A DNA stretch of 14,425 bases from Paraspadella gotoi (Eukaryota > Animalia > Chaetognatha). Positions 1 to 9,565 of the stretch are shown here, in pieces. Below the pieces are notes generated by a model. That model searched no databases. It was not told where the DNA came from and saw nothing but the letters and a program-made list of their open reading frames with translations. The stretch spans positions 1 to 14,425 of the forward strand of contig JBJCIZ010001370.1 of assembly GCA_051294375.1 (NCBI GenBank). The letters are read 5' to 3'. Every line of letters begins with the position of its first letter. The first letter of the stretch is position 1. The translations under genes and the position numbers were made by a program.

Positions 1-46
1 CTATAAACATTACAAACATGAAATGTTTTTGTCCTTGATTTTGGCT

Positions 47-78
47 ACTGGGCACTGCCCAGTCAGAGTGGAGCACTC
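47..78. repeat. Two adjacent short palindromes
   Basis: ACTGGGCA-C-TGCCCAGT (47-63, perfect 8-bp arms) followed by GAGTG-GAG-CACTC (66-78). Confidence 0.85.
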
Positions 79-732
79 AAGATCAAAAAAAAATTATTTG
101 AATGATCGTAAACAATGATATTTAGATGTAGATAGTATGATTTAACTAGTTTACAAAAAAATAATTTTGTTCATATTATCTCGAACAGAATTAGTAAAAT
201 AATAAATATAATTCGTAGTTAATATCCTTTATAAATAGTACATTGTGAAAAATAATTTTCTATAAACTTTTATTAAAGATTCAGAAGTTCTCATAAAAGT
301 GAATCAAAAATATAAAACCATGTTATCAAAAATCTGTCATCTTTCCAATGTTTTAAAATAAAAAAAAAGCTTGAAAATTCCTGACTTTTTATTCTCTGTA
401 GTGAAACTTATATATGTTAAAACTTTTTAGTCATTTTTTGTCATCTAAAACATTGTAAAAATCATACAACATATTTTATAAAAGGTTTCTTAAATTTTAC
501 AGCGAATCCAATATCAGTTCTTAAAAATAAAAAAAAATTATTTTTGAAAATTTTGACGATTTTATTAAGAGCAGAGATATTCGTCACTACATAAAATAAT
601 TGAAATTTGCTATACTGTTATGCTAAAATTTTTTTTTTTAAAAGAATTTAAATTCTTCATATTTATTGTTCCATAGGCGAAGCAAAAAAATAAGTTCAAA
701 TTCACTCAATCTTTCATCACTCCACCCTACTG
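60..732. mobile_element. Degenerate foldback/MITE-like element (copy 1)
   Basis: Reverse-complement matches are symmetric about ~396-400: CAGTCAGAGTGGAG (60-73) vs CTCCACCCTACTG (720-732), AAAAATAATTTT (248-259) vs AAAATTATTTTT (534-545), and CAATGTTTTA (346-355) vs TAAAACATTG (446-455). Very AT-rich with no ORF. The ends are approximate. Confidence 0.6.
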
Positions 733-2282
733 CCCAGGTTGGCAGTTCGGCGCATGGATACAAAATTTTCATTGATAAAAGAAAGTAATTCACGAGTAAG
801 CATTGTCATCGTTTATCGAAAATAAATTCGTCAGACGTGCAAAAGACTCGAATCCATTTCTGTTATTCAGATTATTAAAAGATCACGGAAAACGAAAATC
901 TTCTCATCGCGTCATTTCAATCGAATCTTCCAGTCCATTCTTCCTTTTTAAAAACATCGACTCATCCTTCACTCAGCCCGTTACGCAATCTTCTCGCGCC
1001 TCTCTTAATCCATTAATGGCGTCGCGCGTCGAGAATTTGCGTATGTCGCCCGCTTACTCTCCGTCAGAATCGCGCCAATAAGCGACGGACTTCGGCGGCC
1101 GATATAACAAATTCGCACATAAGTCGAGACAGCAGCGGAAGAGGCCGGGAACGACAGGGCAATGGCCCGGCAAGAAAGCATTAACGGCTCAGTTATCTTA
1201 CTCATGACACGGCGCGCTCACGTTGATTTGGTAACGGAGAGGGGGTTTCTTTTTTTTTTTTTTTTTTTCTTTATCTTTATTTTTTTATTTTTGAACGAAT
1301 AAATGCGAAAAAAAAGGGGAATCTCGAAATCTTTTCTTACGAATTTTCTTATATTGGTGCGATTCGCTCTGGTCGTCATAAATCTTTTTTTTTTTTATTC
1401 TATCTTGGTGGAAAATGCATACTTACCCGTATTAAACTATTCGCTACAACTCTACGACCACTTAGTTTTTGTGAGGGACTCGTTTAAAACGAGTTTGCCA
1501 TTGTTTTTTTTTTTTTAACCTAGGACGATGAGGGGGTGATTGAACTCAGCCTCGTTTCTAGAAAAATATTTCGTGTACGTAAAAATTAAGGAGACGTAAA
1601 AAGGGAATCAGTTATAAATTGAGGAGGGTTGAAAGGTGTCGTCCTATTTGCGGGAAAAATAAATAAACTTAAATTAATTTATATGCTCTTGAGTTAGCTA
1701 GAAAAGAATATAGAAAATCCGCGCGTTCGTAAAAAAGTGAAAATATATTCTGGTAGACCTGAAACATATACAATACTAATGCCTCGCCTCTTGAATAAAA
1801 ATATATTCGTTACGTAATAAATTAAACATAAAATTAACCGAGAAATAATGAATCTAAAGGTTTGACAAACTACTCCGCAATTCCTCACAATCCGCACGCA
1901 TCAACTCGTCAAAAAACACGCCGATATGCCCGAGTAAAGTTTGTCCGGTTCAAATTCAAATTTCGTCATTCTTTTCCCAGTTTTTATTTTCTTTTTTTCG
2001 TATTTATTAAATTCGTGACCTCTCCAACGGATTCTTCCAAAGTTCACCGGCCGATGATGAGTAAAATTTTAAAACCATCTCTTCTCACAATCGAATTAAG
2101 TTTCGGTGAGCATATTCGCAGGGCCAAATCCTTGCAGTTTAAACTGTTAAACTTCGCGCAGTTTCGGGGAAGCTAACTATAAGTTCACCGCAAACTACGC
2201 CCTGCGCGGTCTTCGCCGGGGAATTTCATTCCGGCAAATCCCCGCCCCAATTCATTGACGGGGACAAGACAATGGGCCATTA

Positions 2283-2413
2283 TCTATCTTCTCTCTGTCT
2301 CTCTCTCTCTCTCTATCTCTCTCTCCTCTCTCTCTCTTTCTGCTCTTTTTCTCTCTCTCTCTTAATCTCTCTCTCTTCTCTCTCTCTCTCTCTCTCTCTT
2401 CTTTTTCTGTCTC

Positions 2414-2451
<38 letters not shown>

Positions 2452-2511
2452 CTCTATTCTCTCTCTCTCTCTCTCTCTCTCAATTTCTCCTCTTTCTCTC
2501 TTTCCTCTCTT

Positions 2512-2549
<38 letters not shown>

Positions 2550-2600
2550 CTCTCTCTATTTCTCTCTCTTTCTCTCTTCTGTGTGTCTTCTCTTTCTTCT
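2283..2600. repeat. Imperfect (CT)n microsatellite / polypyrimidine tract
   Basis: Directly visible ~320-bp CT-dominated tract. Confidence 0.97.
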
Positions 2601-2606
2601 CGATCG

Positions 2607-2808
2607 AAGAAGAAACAAGCAACACGATATGAAAAACAAGAAAAAAAATAAGAAAAAAAAAAAAAGAAAAAAGAAAGATAGAAAGAAAAAAAGAAAAAGA
2701 AAGAAAAAAATGAAGAAGGAAATAAAAAATAAAGAAAGAAAGAAATGAAGAAGGAAATAAAAAATAAAGAAAAAAGAAAGAAAAAAATCAATCTATCAAT
2801 CAATCAAT
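2607..2808. repeat. A-rich polypurine (AAAG/AAAAAG-like) tract followed by a short (ATCA)n run
   Basis: A/G-rich tract at 2607-2787, then ATCAATCTATCAATCAATCAA. Confidence 0.93.
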
Positions 2809-3585
2809 TAAGTTTGTGCAAACAATTAATTTATTAATTTAAATAATGTTTTAACTGATTAATTAATTAATTATCACTAATGATCGTGGGCAGATCTGAC
2901 ATTGTTTGCTCAAACTATCTTTTGTTAAAGACTGTTTATGGTGAGTGATTTAGTTATTGAAAATAGAAAAGAGGAATGAAAAAAAAAAAATTTTCTAGTG
3001 TTGCTGCAACTAAAAAAATAATTTTTTTTATAAATAATTTATCTACAGAAATAAACTAAAACAATAAAAGTTTTTTAAACTGTATAAATTTTATTTTTGA
3101 TATTTTTTAGATTATTTTATATTTAATAATTTTCCTCAACATATTTCTTTTATTCAAAGTGAAACAAAAAATTTTTAGTAACTAAATGTTTTTTGTAAAA
3201 ACTGTCCAAGGAACAGGTTTCTAACTGACAATAGAAATTTATAAGAAGAAACTTATATGATTAAAAATAGTGAGAGGGAAGAGACTTCTGTGAAGCAAGT
3301 TATGTGAACCTAATAGATATATTTTTTTTTCATTTTATGTTTGTACCTTAGAGGAAGACAGAAGTCTTCGAAGTACTGTGCTAATTCATTATGAATAAAT
3401 TATTATTTCTACTAACTTTCAATTTTTTTTCTGGTATACAAAGACCGAATCTATTCTCAGCCATCAAGCAAATATATTTTTTATTTTTAAATTAGGATCA
3501 TTAATATTTTTTATGTTTTCAGTTAAAATATTTTTATAACAAGGACTGCCTTTGATGAACAGATTTTGTGATTCGGGCCGGGGAT

Positions 3586-3696
3586 AGGGCTTCAAATATC
3601 AATCCCCATCAAAAATAGTGGCGGGGATTCCCCGCCGTGGATAATACTGAGGGCTTCAAATGTTAATCCCCATAAAAAATAGTGGCGGGGATTCCC
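3586..3696. repeat. 47-bp direct repeat, two copies, period 64 bp
   Basis: 3586-3632 AGGGCTTCAAATATCAATCCCCATCAAAAATAGTGGCGGGGATTCCC and 3650-3696 AGGGCTTCAAATGTTAATCCCCATAAAAAATAGTGGCGGGGATTCCC, 44/47 identical. Confidence 0.95.
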
Positions 3697-3738
3697 TAAA
3701 ACAGGGGAAAAGAAGACAGTTTTCGTACACAGAAAGAG

Positions 3739-3782
3739 GGCGCAGTTGAAACTGTCCCCTTATAGCCAGTTCAAACTGCGCC
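3739..3782. repeat. Inverted repeat with 16-bp arms and a 12-nt loop
   Basis: GGCGCAGTTGAAACTG (3739-3754) vs CAGTTCAAACTGCGCC (3767-3782), 14/16 complementary. Each arm contains the palindrome CAGTT-NN-AACTG. Confidence 0.85.
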
Positions 3783-3951
3783 TTTTTGAACGGCGTAATA
3801 CTTGGTTTCGGTTGTGAATACTAATTACGACTGGCCTCAAGTCGTCGACTCTGGTTGCCTTGTTCTTGAAGTTATACAAGATAAATCGAAATCAAACTAT
3901 GGATTAAGGCCGTAAGTGAAAGTTAACGTACGCCAAACATTCTTAAAAGTC

Positions 3952-4546
3952 AATTCTAAAATGAAAACATACCTATCAGTGAACATTAATTTTGTCTACA
4001 AAAAAAATTAATTCTTAATGATTTATAATTTTCAGCAGTAGGAGCTAATATTTATACTATAGTACTTGATCCCTTATAGGAAATCGATAAAAATTCTCTC
4101 TAAAAATGTCTGCTTTTCTCTTACGGTTTGGGTGATCTGCAGATTCTGCAATTCCTGGTCTGGCGAAAAGTTTGATAAAAGAAAATATAAATTATTTTTC
4201 AAATATCTTTCATTAAGTGGGTTAAAAATTACAAAAAGACTATATTTAATAATATAAAGAAGTTAATTTTTAGCTTAAAAAATATAATTTTTCTAATTTT
4301 GGACCGCACTTAATGAAGGAATTTTTTAAAAAGAGTTATAATTTCTTTTATCAACTTTTAATGACGAATCCAAATCTGCAAAAAAATTTAGAAAAAACTG
4401 TTTTGAAATTTTAACCATTTTATTCGATTTGTACTAGTATAGCAATATGGCCTACTGCGTAAATTGTAAAAATTTATTATAATTTTTTTTATACATAAAT
4501 GTTCATAGTAATATTGTTGTTCGTTGCCTCCTCCACTTTTAGAATT
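3952..4546. mobile_element. Degenerate foldback/MITE-like element (copy 2)
   Basis: Nested reverse-complement pairs: TTCATTAAGTG 4209-4219/4307-4317, TTGATAAAAGAAA 4172-4184/4342-4354, TGCAGATT 4138-4145/4373-4380, GCAGTAGG 4035-4042/4451-4458, TGAACATT 3980-3987/4498-4505, AATTCTAAAA 3952-3961/4537-4546. The ends are approximate. Confidence 0.72.
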
Positions 4547-4790
4547 TTAAATTAAAGTTAAATTTAGGAAAGTTTTACTACGCCTTTACTATGGATGTGT
4601 TTTACTGACGCTAATTCGGACAGGCCAGGAGATGTCGATGTCATATCCCCCTGACTCAGAGAAAAAGAAGAAAATAAATAAAAAAAACGAAAATCCCTGG
4701 GAGGGTATGCCATCTTTTTATCTCTAAAAGCTTCGTCGCTTTGATAGCTATATTCGAGAGATTTTCGAGTGATAGAGAAACTCACTCAGA

Positions 4791-4813
4791 AAAAGAGAGA
4801 GAAAAAAAAGAGT

Positions 4814-4879
<66 letters not shown>

Positions 4880-4921
4880 AGAGAGAGGAGAGAGAGAGAA
4901 GAGAGAAGAGAGAGAGAGAGA
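4791..4921. repeat. Imperfect (GA)n microsatellite
   Basis: Directly visible. Includes an exact tandem 20-mer at 4861-4880/4881-4900. Confidence 0.97.
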
Positions 4922-5433
4922 ATGTTTCTCTGCCATTGTGTATTTGTTAAAGTCTTTGGCTTAGTAAAAGCACAGGACGAAAAAAGGCCAAAATTGTTTT
5001 TGCAGTAGCGAATTCGTAGACAAAGAACTCCTTCGCCACTTATGCTCCACTGATACAAACGCGGCCCCTTATTACCCACCCCCCATCGTGTCAGAAAAAC
5101 CCCAAGTCAGCGAAATCCAACGAGAGAGAGAGATATGTTGTCGCTCAGGGACCCTCGTTCGTCAAATAAGCGGGCCCACGAGAGTCGCGTCGTTCGGGGC
5201 AACGAAAAAATTCCAAAAGAGTAAATTACAATCTTTTTTTCTCCCCTCATAAATCTTTTCGATTTAAATTCGATCTTCAAATTGCTTTTTGTCATTTGTT
5301 GGTTGAGTTAGACAAGAGGATTGATAAATATATATCGCTTAAAAATTCCCGTCGACTGTGTTAAGTTTCGATGGTGATTTCTGGTTTTTTTTTTGGCCTT
5401 AATGTCCTTTTGGTCTTCGATGGTTTTAGCCGC

Positions 5434-5808
5434 TTTTTAGTTGCGGCCGCGGGAGTACTTCGCCGAGCCACTCTATAAGTGACCTTTTCGAAATCATTCT
5501 GGTGTCGGTCGGTACGTCGCTTTTGTCTGTCAGTCGGTCTGTCCTTACATTAAAAATGCAAATATTTTTGCTTATAGTTGGGTTGCTCCATTTGTTTAAA
5601 GAACAGAAAAAATCCTCCAAATCTGAGAGACTGCTAGCGCCAACCTTCAAGGGAATTCCTAAAACTATAAGAAATTTTTGAAGGCTGTGCATGTCATAAA
5701 TACACAGGCGAATAAAGTTTTTTAGTCAAGTCATATCATATGGGGGAAATACACTGAAAAAATAAAGTCACTGCGGCGCAACACATTGGAATTACCTTCC
5801 TTGTTTTT
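5434..5808 (+). mobile_element. Probable non-autonomous Helentron-type (DINE-1/HINE-like) element
   Basis: 5' T-run plus AGTTGCGGCCGC (5434-5450), ACTCTATAAG (5470-5479), and GTCG/GTCY microsatellite remnants (5503-5513, 5525-5544). A subterminal inverted copy GCGG-CGCAAC lies at 5773-5782, followed by the hairpin GGAA-TTACC-TTCC (5788-5800) and TTGTTTTT. This order matches the known HINE architecture. Confidence 0.45.
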
Positions 5809-5964
5809 CTTTTTGTGGGGGGGGCGAAAAGAAACAAACCGTTAAACGTCAAATTCGTAAACGTCACCCACGGAAAATCTAAAAAAAACGCTTTTCTTCA
5901 TTACAAACGTCCCATTGGTGCGCCGACGCTAATCGTCTCCGTTGCTTTCCTCTATCCGAAAAAG

Positions 5965-6063
5965 TTCTTTTCTCCTCTCTCATCTCTCTCTCTCTCTCTC
6001 TCAATCTCTCTCTCGTCTGCTCTCTTCCTCTCTGCTCTTCTCTTCTTCCCCTTCCCTTCCTCC
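5965..6063. repeat. Imperfect (CT)n tract
   Basis: Directly visible. Confidence 0.93.
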
Positions 6064-6210
6064 GCCATCGGTCGTCACGGTTCGCGACCCTCTCCGGCAA
6101 CGCCCTCTGCGCCGCCCGACCGCCGTCATCTTCATAAAAAAAACTGTTTACTCCGCGACGTCATAAAACGCGAACCGGGAACGAAATTCCTGGGCGACGA
6201 AAGTTAGCGA

Positions 6211-6246
6211 GGGGGGAATTGGGGGGGGAAGAGGGGAAAGATGGGG
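6211..6246 (+). other. Canonical G-quadruplex motif
   Basis: G-runs at 6211-6216, 6221-6228, 6233-6236 and 6243-6246, with loops of 4, 4 and 6 nt. The motif is certain; folding is untested. Confidence 0.65.
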
Positions 6247-6385
6247 TGAGGTTGTGTTGAGCCCCTTGTGTTTTCTCTCCAAGCCCTCCTCTTCCACATC
6301 GCCCACCCCTCTCTTCCTCAGCCTCAAGCCCAACATGAAATCAGATGCGTCTTGTTGAAGTTGGTGTCGTTTTGCCTAAACGCCT

Positions 6386-6388
6386 TCA

Positions 6389-6423
<35 letters not shown>

Positions 6424-6512
6424 GTTCTCTCTCCTCTCCTCTATCTCTCTCTCATCTCTATCTCTCCATCCTCTCTCTCTTTCTCTCTCTCTCTGCCATC
6501 TTTTTCTTCTCC
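6386..6512. repeat. Imperfect (CT)n tract
   Basis: Directly visible. Confidence 0.95.
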
Positions 6513-6600
6513 TGACAATTCTCTAAAAACCTGCGACTTTCGAAAATTCTCTTCTCCTTCCCAAGTTGGGGCGAACTAAAAAAACAGGATGAAGAAGACA

Positions 6601-6640
6601 AAAAAAAAAACCGGGAAAACCTTTTTCCGGTTCTTTTTTT
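6601..6640. repeat. 40-bp near-palindrome
   Basis: AAAAAAAAAACCGGGAAAA-CC-TTTTTCCGGTTCTTTTTTT, 17/19 Watson-Crick pairs. Confidence 0.8.
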
Positions 6641-7443
6641 TAAAAAGGCACAATTGAAAATTCCGGAACAATGGAGGCGCCATGGAGAAACGCGGTGGTG
6701 GGATCTACTAATGGGAAAGCGGGATCGACGTCAACCGCCGGCCGGAAGGAGTTTATTAAAACGCCATTCCGGAACAAGCAGGACAGCTTTTTTTTTTAAA
6801 ACCAAATCAGCGAATGCGAAGCTTAAAAAAAAGAAAAGTTTAAGTAAGCGGCGGGTTTATTACTAAGAAACTTGGTACAGGCGTGAAATAAAGTTCAAGT
6901 ATAACGTTCAACTTAACAGTCACGATTTTAGCCAGTAATACCGAAGTGATGGCAGTTAGTTTATTCCCGATCGTAAAACAGATGTCGCGTCTGATGTTTG
7001 CACTCAAGATATTCGAGACGAAAGGTTTTAAAGGTTCCCGCGAGACGCTCAATAGTCCAAAATCCGACGCCCAGAAAGAGAAACGTAACGACGTCCGTTT
7101 TTTGAAAAATGTTGAACGAAAGACTCTCAAGTCAAATCTCGATCAGCGAATATATCCCCTTGAAATAACGAATAAACAGCTTTTATATTTTTTTCCCCTC
7201 TTTTATAATTTTCTTTTAATTTTTTTCCCTGCAGATTTTTTTCTCTCTTTTTAATCCCTCGATCGAATTTCTCTCTTAGTACAAAATTCAATAGTTATAG
7301 TGGATTCTAATCCAGCGTGTTATTTCTATTCATCTCAAGTTCTAGTTTATCAAATTATCACAGTAACTACGAAGGATCTTCTTAAACTGACCTTGTTCTC
7401 CTTTTATTCTTGTCTTACTTATTGCGACTGGTTTTGTAATCAC

Positions 7444-7625
7444 ATTTTCTGTCCCTCAATCGACCGATTGATAATCTTCTTTCATTCCTTTAATTCATTC
7501 TATATCTTAAGTCCTTCATTTTCTGTCCTTCCATTTATTCAATTTCTGTCTTTCCAGTCTGACCTTCCTTTATTAATTTTCTGTCCTTCACTTTTTTCTT
7601 CCTTAATTTCATTTTCTGTCCTTCA
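7444..7625. repeat. Degenerate minisatellite with core ATTTTCTGTCCTTC
   Basis: Core copies start at 7444, 7518, 7542, 7576 and 7611, separated by irregular pyrimidine-rich sequence. Confidence 0.8.
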
Positions 7626-7656
7626 TCGCCCTTCCTCTAATATTCTTTTCCTTTGG

Positions 7657-7810
7657 CTCTCTCCTCCTTCCTCCTCCCCCCCCTCTCTCCAGTCTTCCTA
7701 CCTCTCTCATCTCTCTCTTTCTCTCTCTCTCACTTCTCTCTCTCTCTCTCTCTCTCTCTCCTCCTCTCTCTCTCTCGTCTCTCTCTCTCTTATCTCGCTC
7801 ACTCTATCCC
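7657..7810. repeat. Imperfect (CT)n tract
   Basis: Directly visible. Confidence 0.95.
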
Positions 7811-7929
7811 CGCCCTCTTGCGACTATCGTCCTCTCGTCTCGCGCCGCTATTTATGCCCGGCGGGGCCTCGACGTAACCGTTAATTATAAAATTTCTTCA
7901 ATTTTCTTGAGTTCTTTCTTCGAGTCAGT

Positions 7930-8138
7930 GGGAAAAAAGACAGAAAAAATAAAAAGAAAGAAAGAAAGAAAAAAGAAAAAGAAGACTGAAAAGAACAGAT
8001 AGAAAGAAAGAAGAAAGAAAAAAAAGAAAGACAAAAAAAGAGAAGAAGAAAAAATAAGAAGGAACGAAAGACGAAAGAAAAGAAAGCAAAGAAAGAAAAG
8101 AAAGAAGAAGCAAAGAAAAGAAGAGAAAGAAAGATAAA
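7930..8138. repeat. A-rich polypurine (AAAG/AAG) tract
   Basis: Directly visible. Confidence 0.93.
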
Positions 8139-9541
8139 CGCTAGGTTGGGGGGGCATAGACGCGGCAGTTTAATTTTCAGACGTTTTATTTTATGACCAC
8201 TGTTTTTCGGAAGAGGAAAGGAAGTAGATTAAACAGGAATTCTATAAAATCTTCTCGCAGAACGAAAAAGATTTTTGAAGACTTCGTCTACCCCTACTCT
8301 CTCTGAAGAGAAGAAAAGTAACCCGGGAAGATAAAAGTTAAAAGAATAAATGTAACGCCAGTTGGCAGGAGGTTTTTTCAAAAAAAGGGAGGGGAGTATA
8401 ATTATATCAGATAATTTTTATATGGTTGTACAATTTCATAATAGTAAATATACTCGAGATTTACGAATTTAGGAAAAGAGAAAAAAAAAACCTCAGGTAC
8501 TGACGTCTCCATTAAACACGATTCCGACTTAAGAAAAAAAATTCAAAATTCTCCTAGAAAATCCGTTGAGTTTTTTATGGTTTTTGGAGTGAGGTTGAGA
8601 CCTTTGATGAGATTTAGGGTGGCGTTAAGGACGAAGGCAGAGAGAGAATCTGGTTTGCGTAAATCACTTTACGCTCGGCCAGGTGAGAATGGTTTTTAAG
8701 TCATGTGAAGAACGCTCCATTAGTTCGAATGGAAAAAAAAGGGGGGGAATTTTAAATCCTTCCGATATTTCCTTTTTTTTTTGTTAGTTGTTTTTCCTTT
8801 TTCGCTTAAATTTTCTTACTTGATTTTTTTTAATAATTTAATTTCTCTTTTCTTTATTTTTCTTTGTTCAGAGTTCGAGTTAAAAAAAACTTGCGTTCGG
8901 CGAATGCCAGAGGCACAAAAACAACTCTTCTTGATTGAGCTTAAATTGCATTACCAACGCGAATGGGCCCCCTTTTTTTTTAAAAAATGTTTTTAAAATT
9001 GGTTGGGCGATATCCATCTTCTGTTCCAATTTCCATTCCTAATTACGGTTTCGTTAGTGTAATAAAATACATATTTTTTATATAAAATATGACAAGATAA
9101 GTTAGATATATTTTAGATTATTATTTCTGACATTGTGAATAAATCTTTTTAAACAACGCATCTCAAGCGACTAACTTTGGGCTCCTCAACTTTAGTCAAA
9201 ATTTTATTAACGCCGTTTTAACTTTCTTTGACTTTAATTTCGTCGTATGCGGAGTGATTCAAAAAAATATTTCTCGAAGAAGAATAACATTTTTCTTTCA
9301 GCCAAAAAAGGAACTCAAGACGCAACCTCGAAACTTTCGACGAAACTGTTTCAAATATGGAAAAGCAGTTTTGTAGTTGGGGAACGGAAAAGGGTCGTGG
9401 GGGAAAGGAAAGGGAATAAGAATCGGAATCCTGTTGTGATGTTGTGATGTTTGTGGAGTCTCACGGTCGGCAAAAAAATGATGTTTTCCCGCTGTTCGAT
9501 TTATTTCTCTTTAAAACGGTATTTTATCGCGGCGAGTGAGA

Positions 9542-9565
9542 GGGAGTGGGAGGGGGTCGTAAGGG
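9542..9565 (+). other. Canonical G-quadruplex motif
   Basis: GGG-AGT-GGG-A-GGGGG-TCGTAA-GGG. Confidence 0.55.

Noticed and set aside
803-1205. GC-richer stretch with 92-aa and 66-aa ORFs
   Set aside because: No recognisable domain or splice structure, and the lengths are within chance expectation.
2272-2803. ORFs of 158, 70 and 107 aa (Leu/Ser, Arg/Glu, Phe/Lys rich)
   Set aside because: Translations of (CT)n and AAAG tracts, which lack stop codons. The same applies to the ORFs at 4748-5079, 5815-6579, 7300-8157, 12407-12900 and 13287-14347.
3586-3696. Repeat-spacer-repeat resembling a minimal CRISPR array
   Set aside because: Only two units, a 17-bp spacer, no cas genes and a eukaryote-like context.
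6601-6641. Hairpin plus T-run resembling a bidirectional intrinsic terminator
   Set aside because: No upstream gene on either strand and no prokaryotic gene organisation. Kept only as a palindrome.
7186-7234. Strong-looking splice acceptor (polypyrimidine tract plus CAG at 7232-7234)
   Set aside because: Followed by further T-rich sequence with no plausible exon or nearby donor.
6840-7254. Overlapping 102-aa (+) and 96-aa (-) ORFs of ordinary composition
   Set aside because: No recognisable motif. The + ORF runs into a T-rich low-complexity tail.
7444-7625. Five spaced repeats resembling a CRISPR array
   Set aside because: The core is only ~14 bp, spacing is irregular and the spacers are low complexity.
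8618-8688. Possible micro-exon ending at CAG|GTGAGA (8680-8688); another isolated donor ATG|GTGAGT at 2938-2946
   Set aside because: Acceptors are weak, the peptides are unrecognisable and no gene model can be chained.
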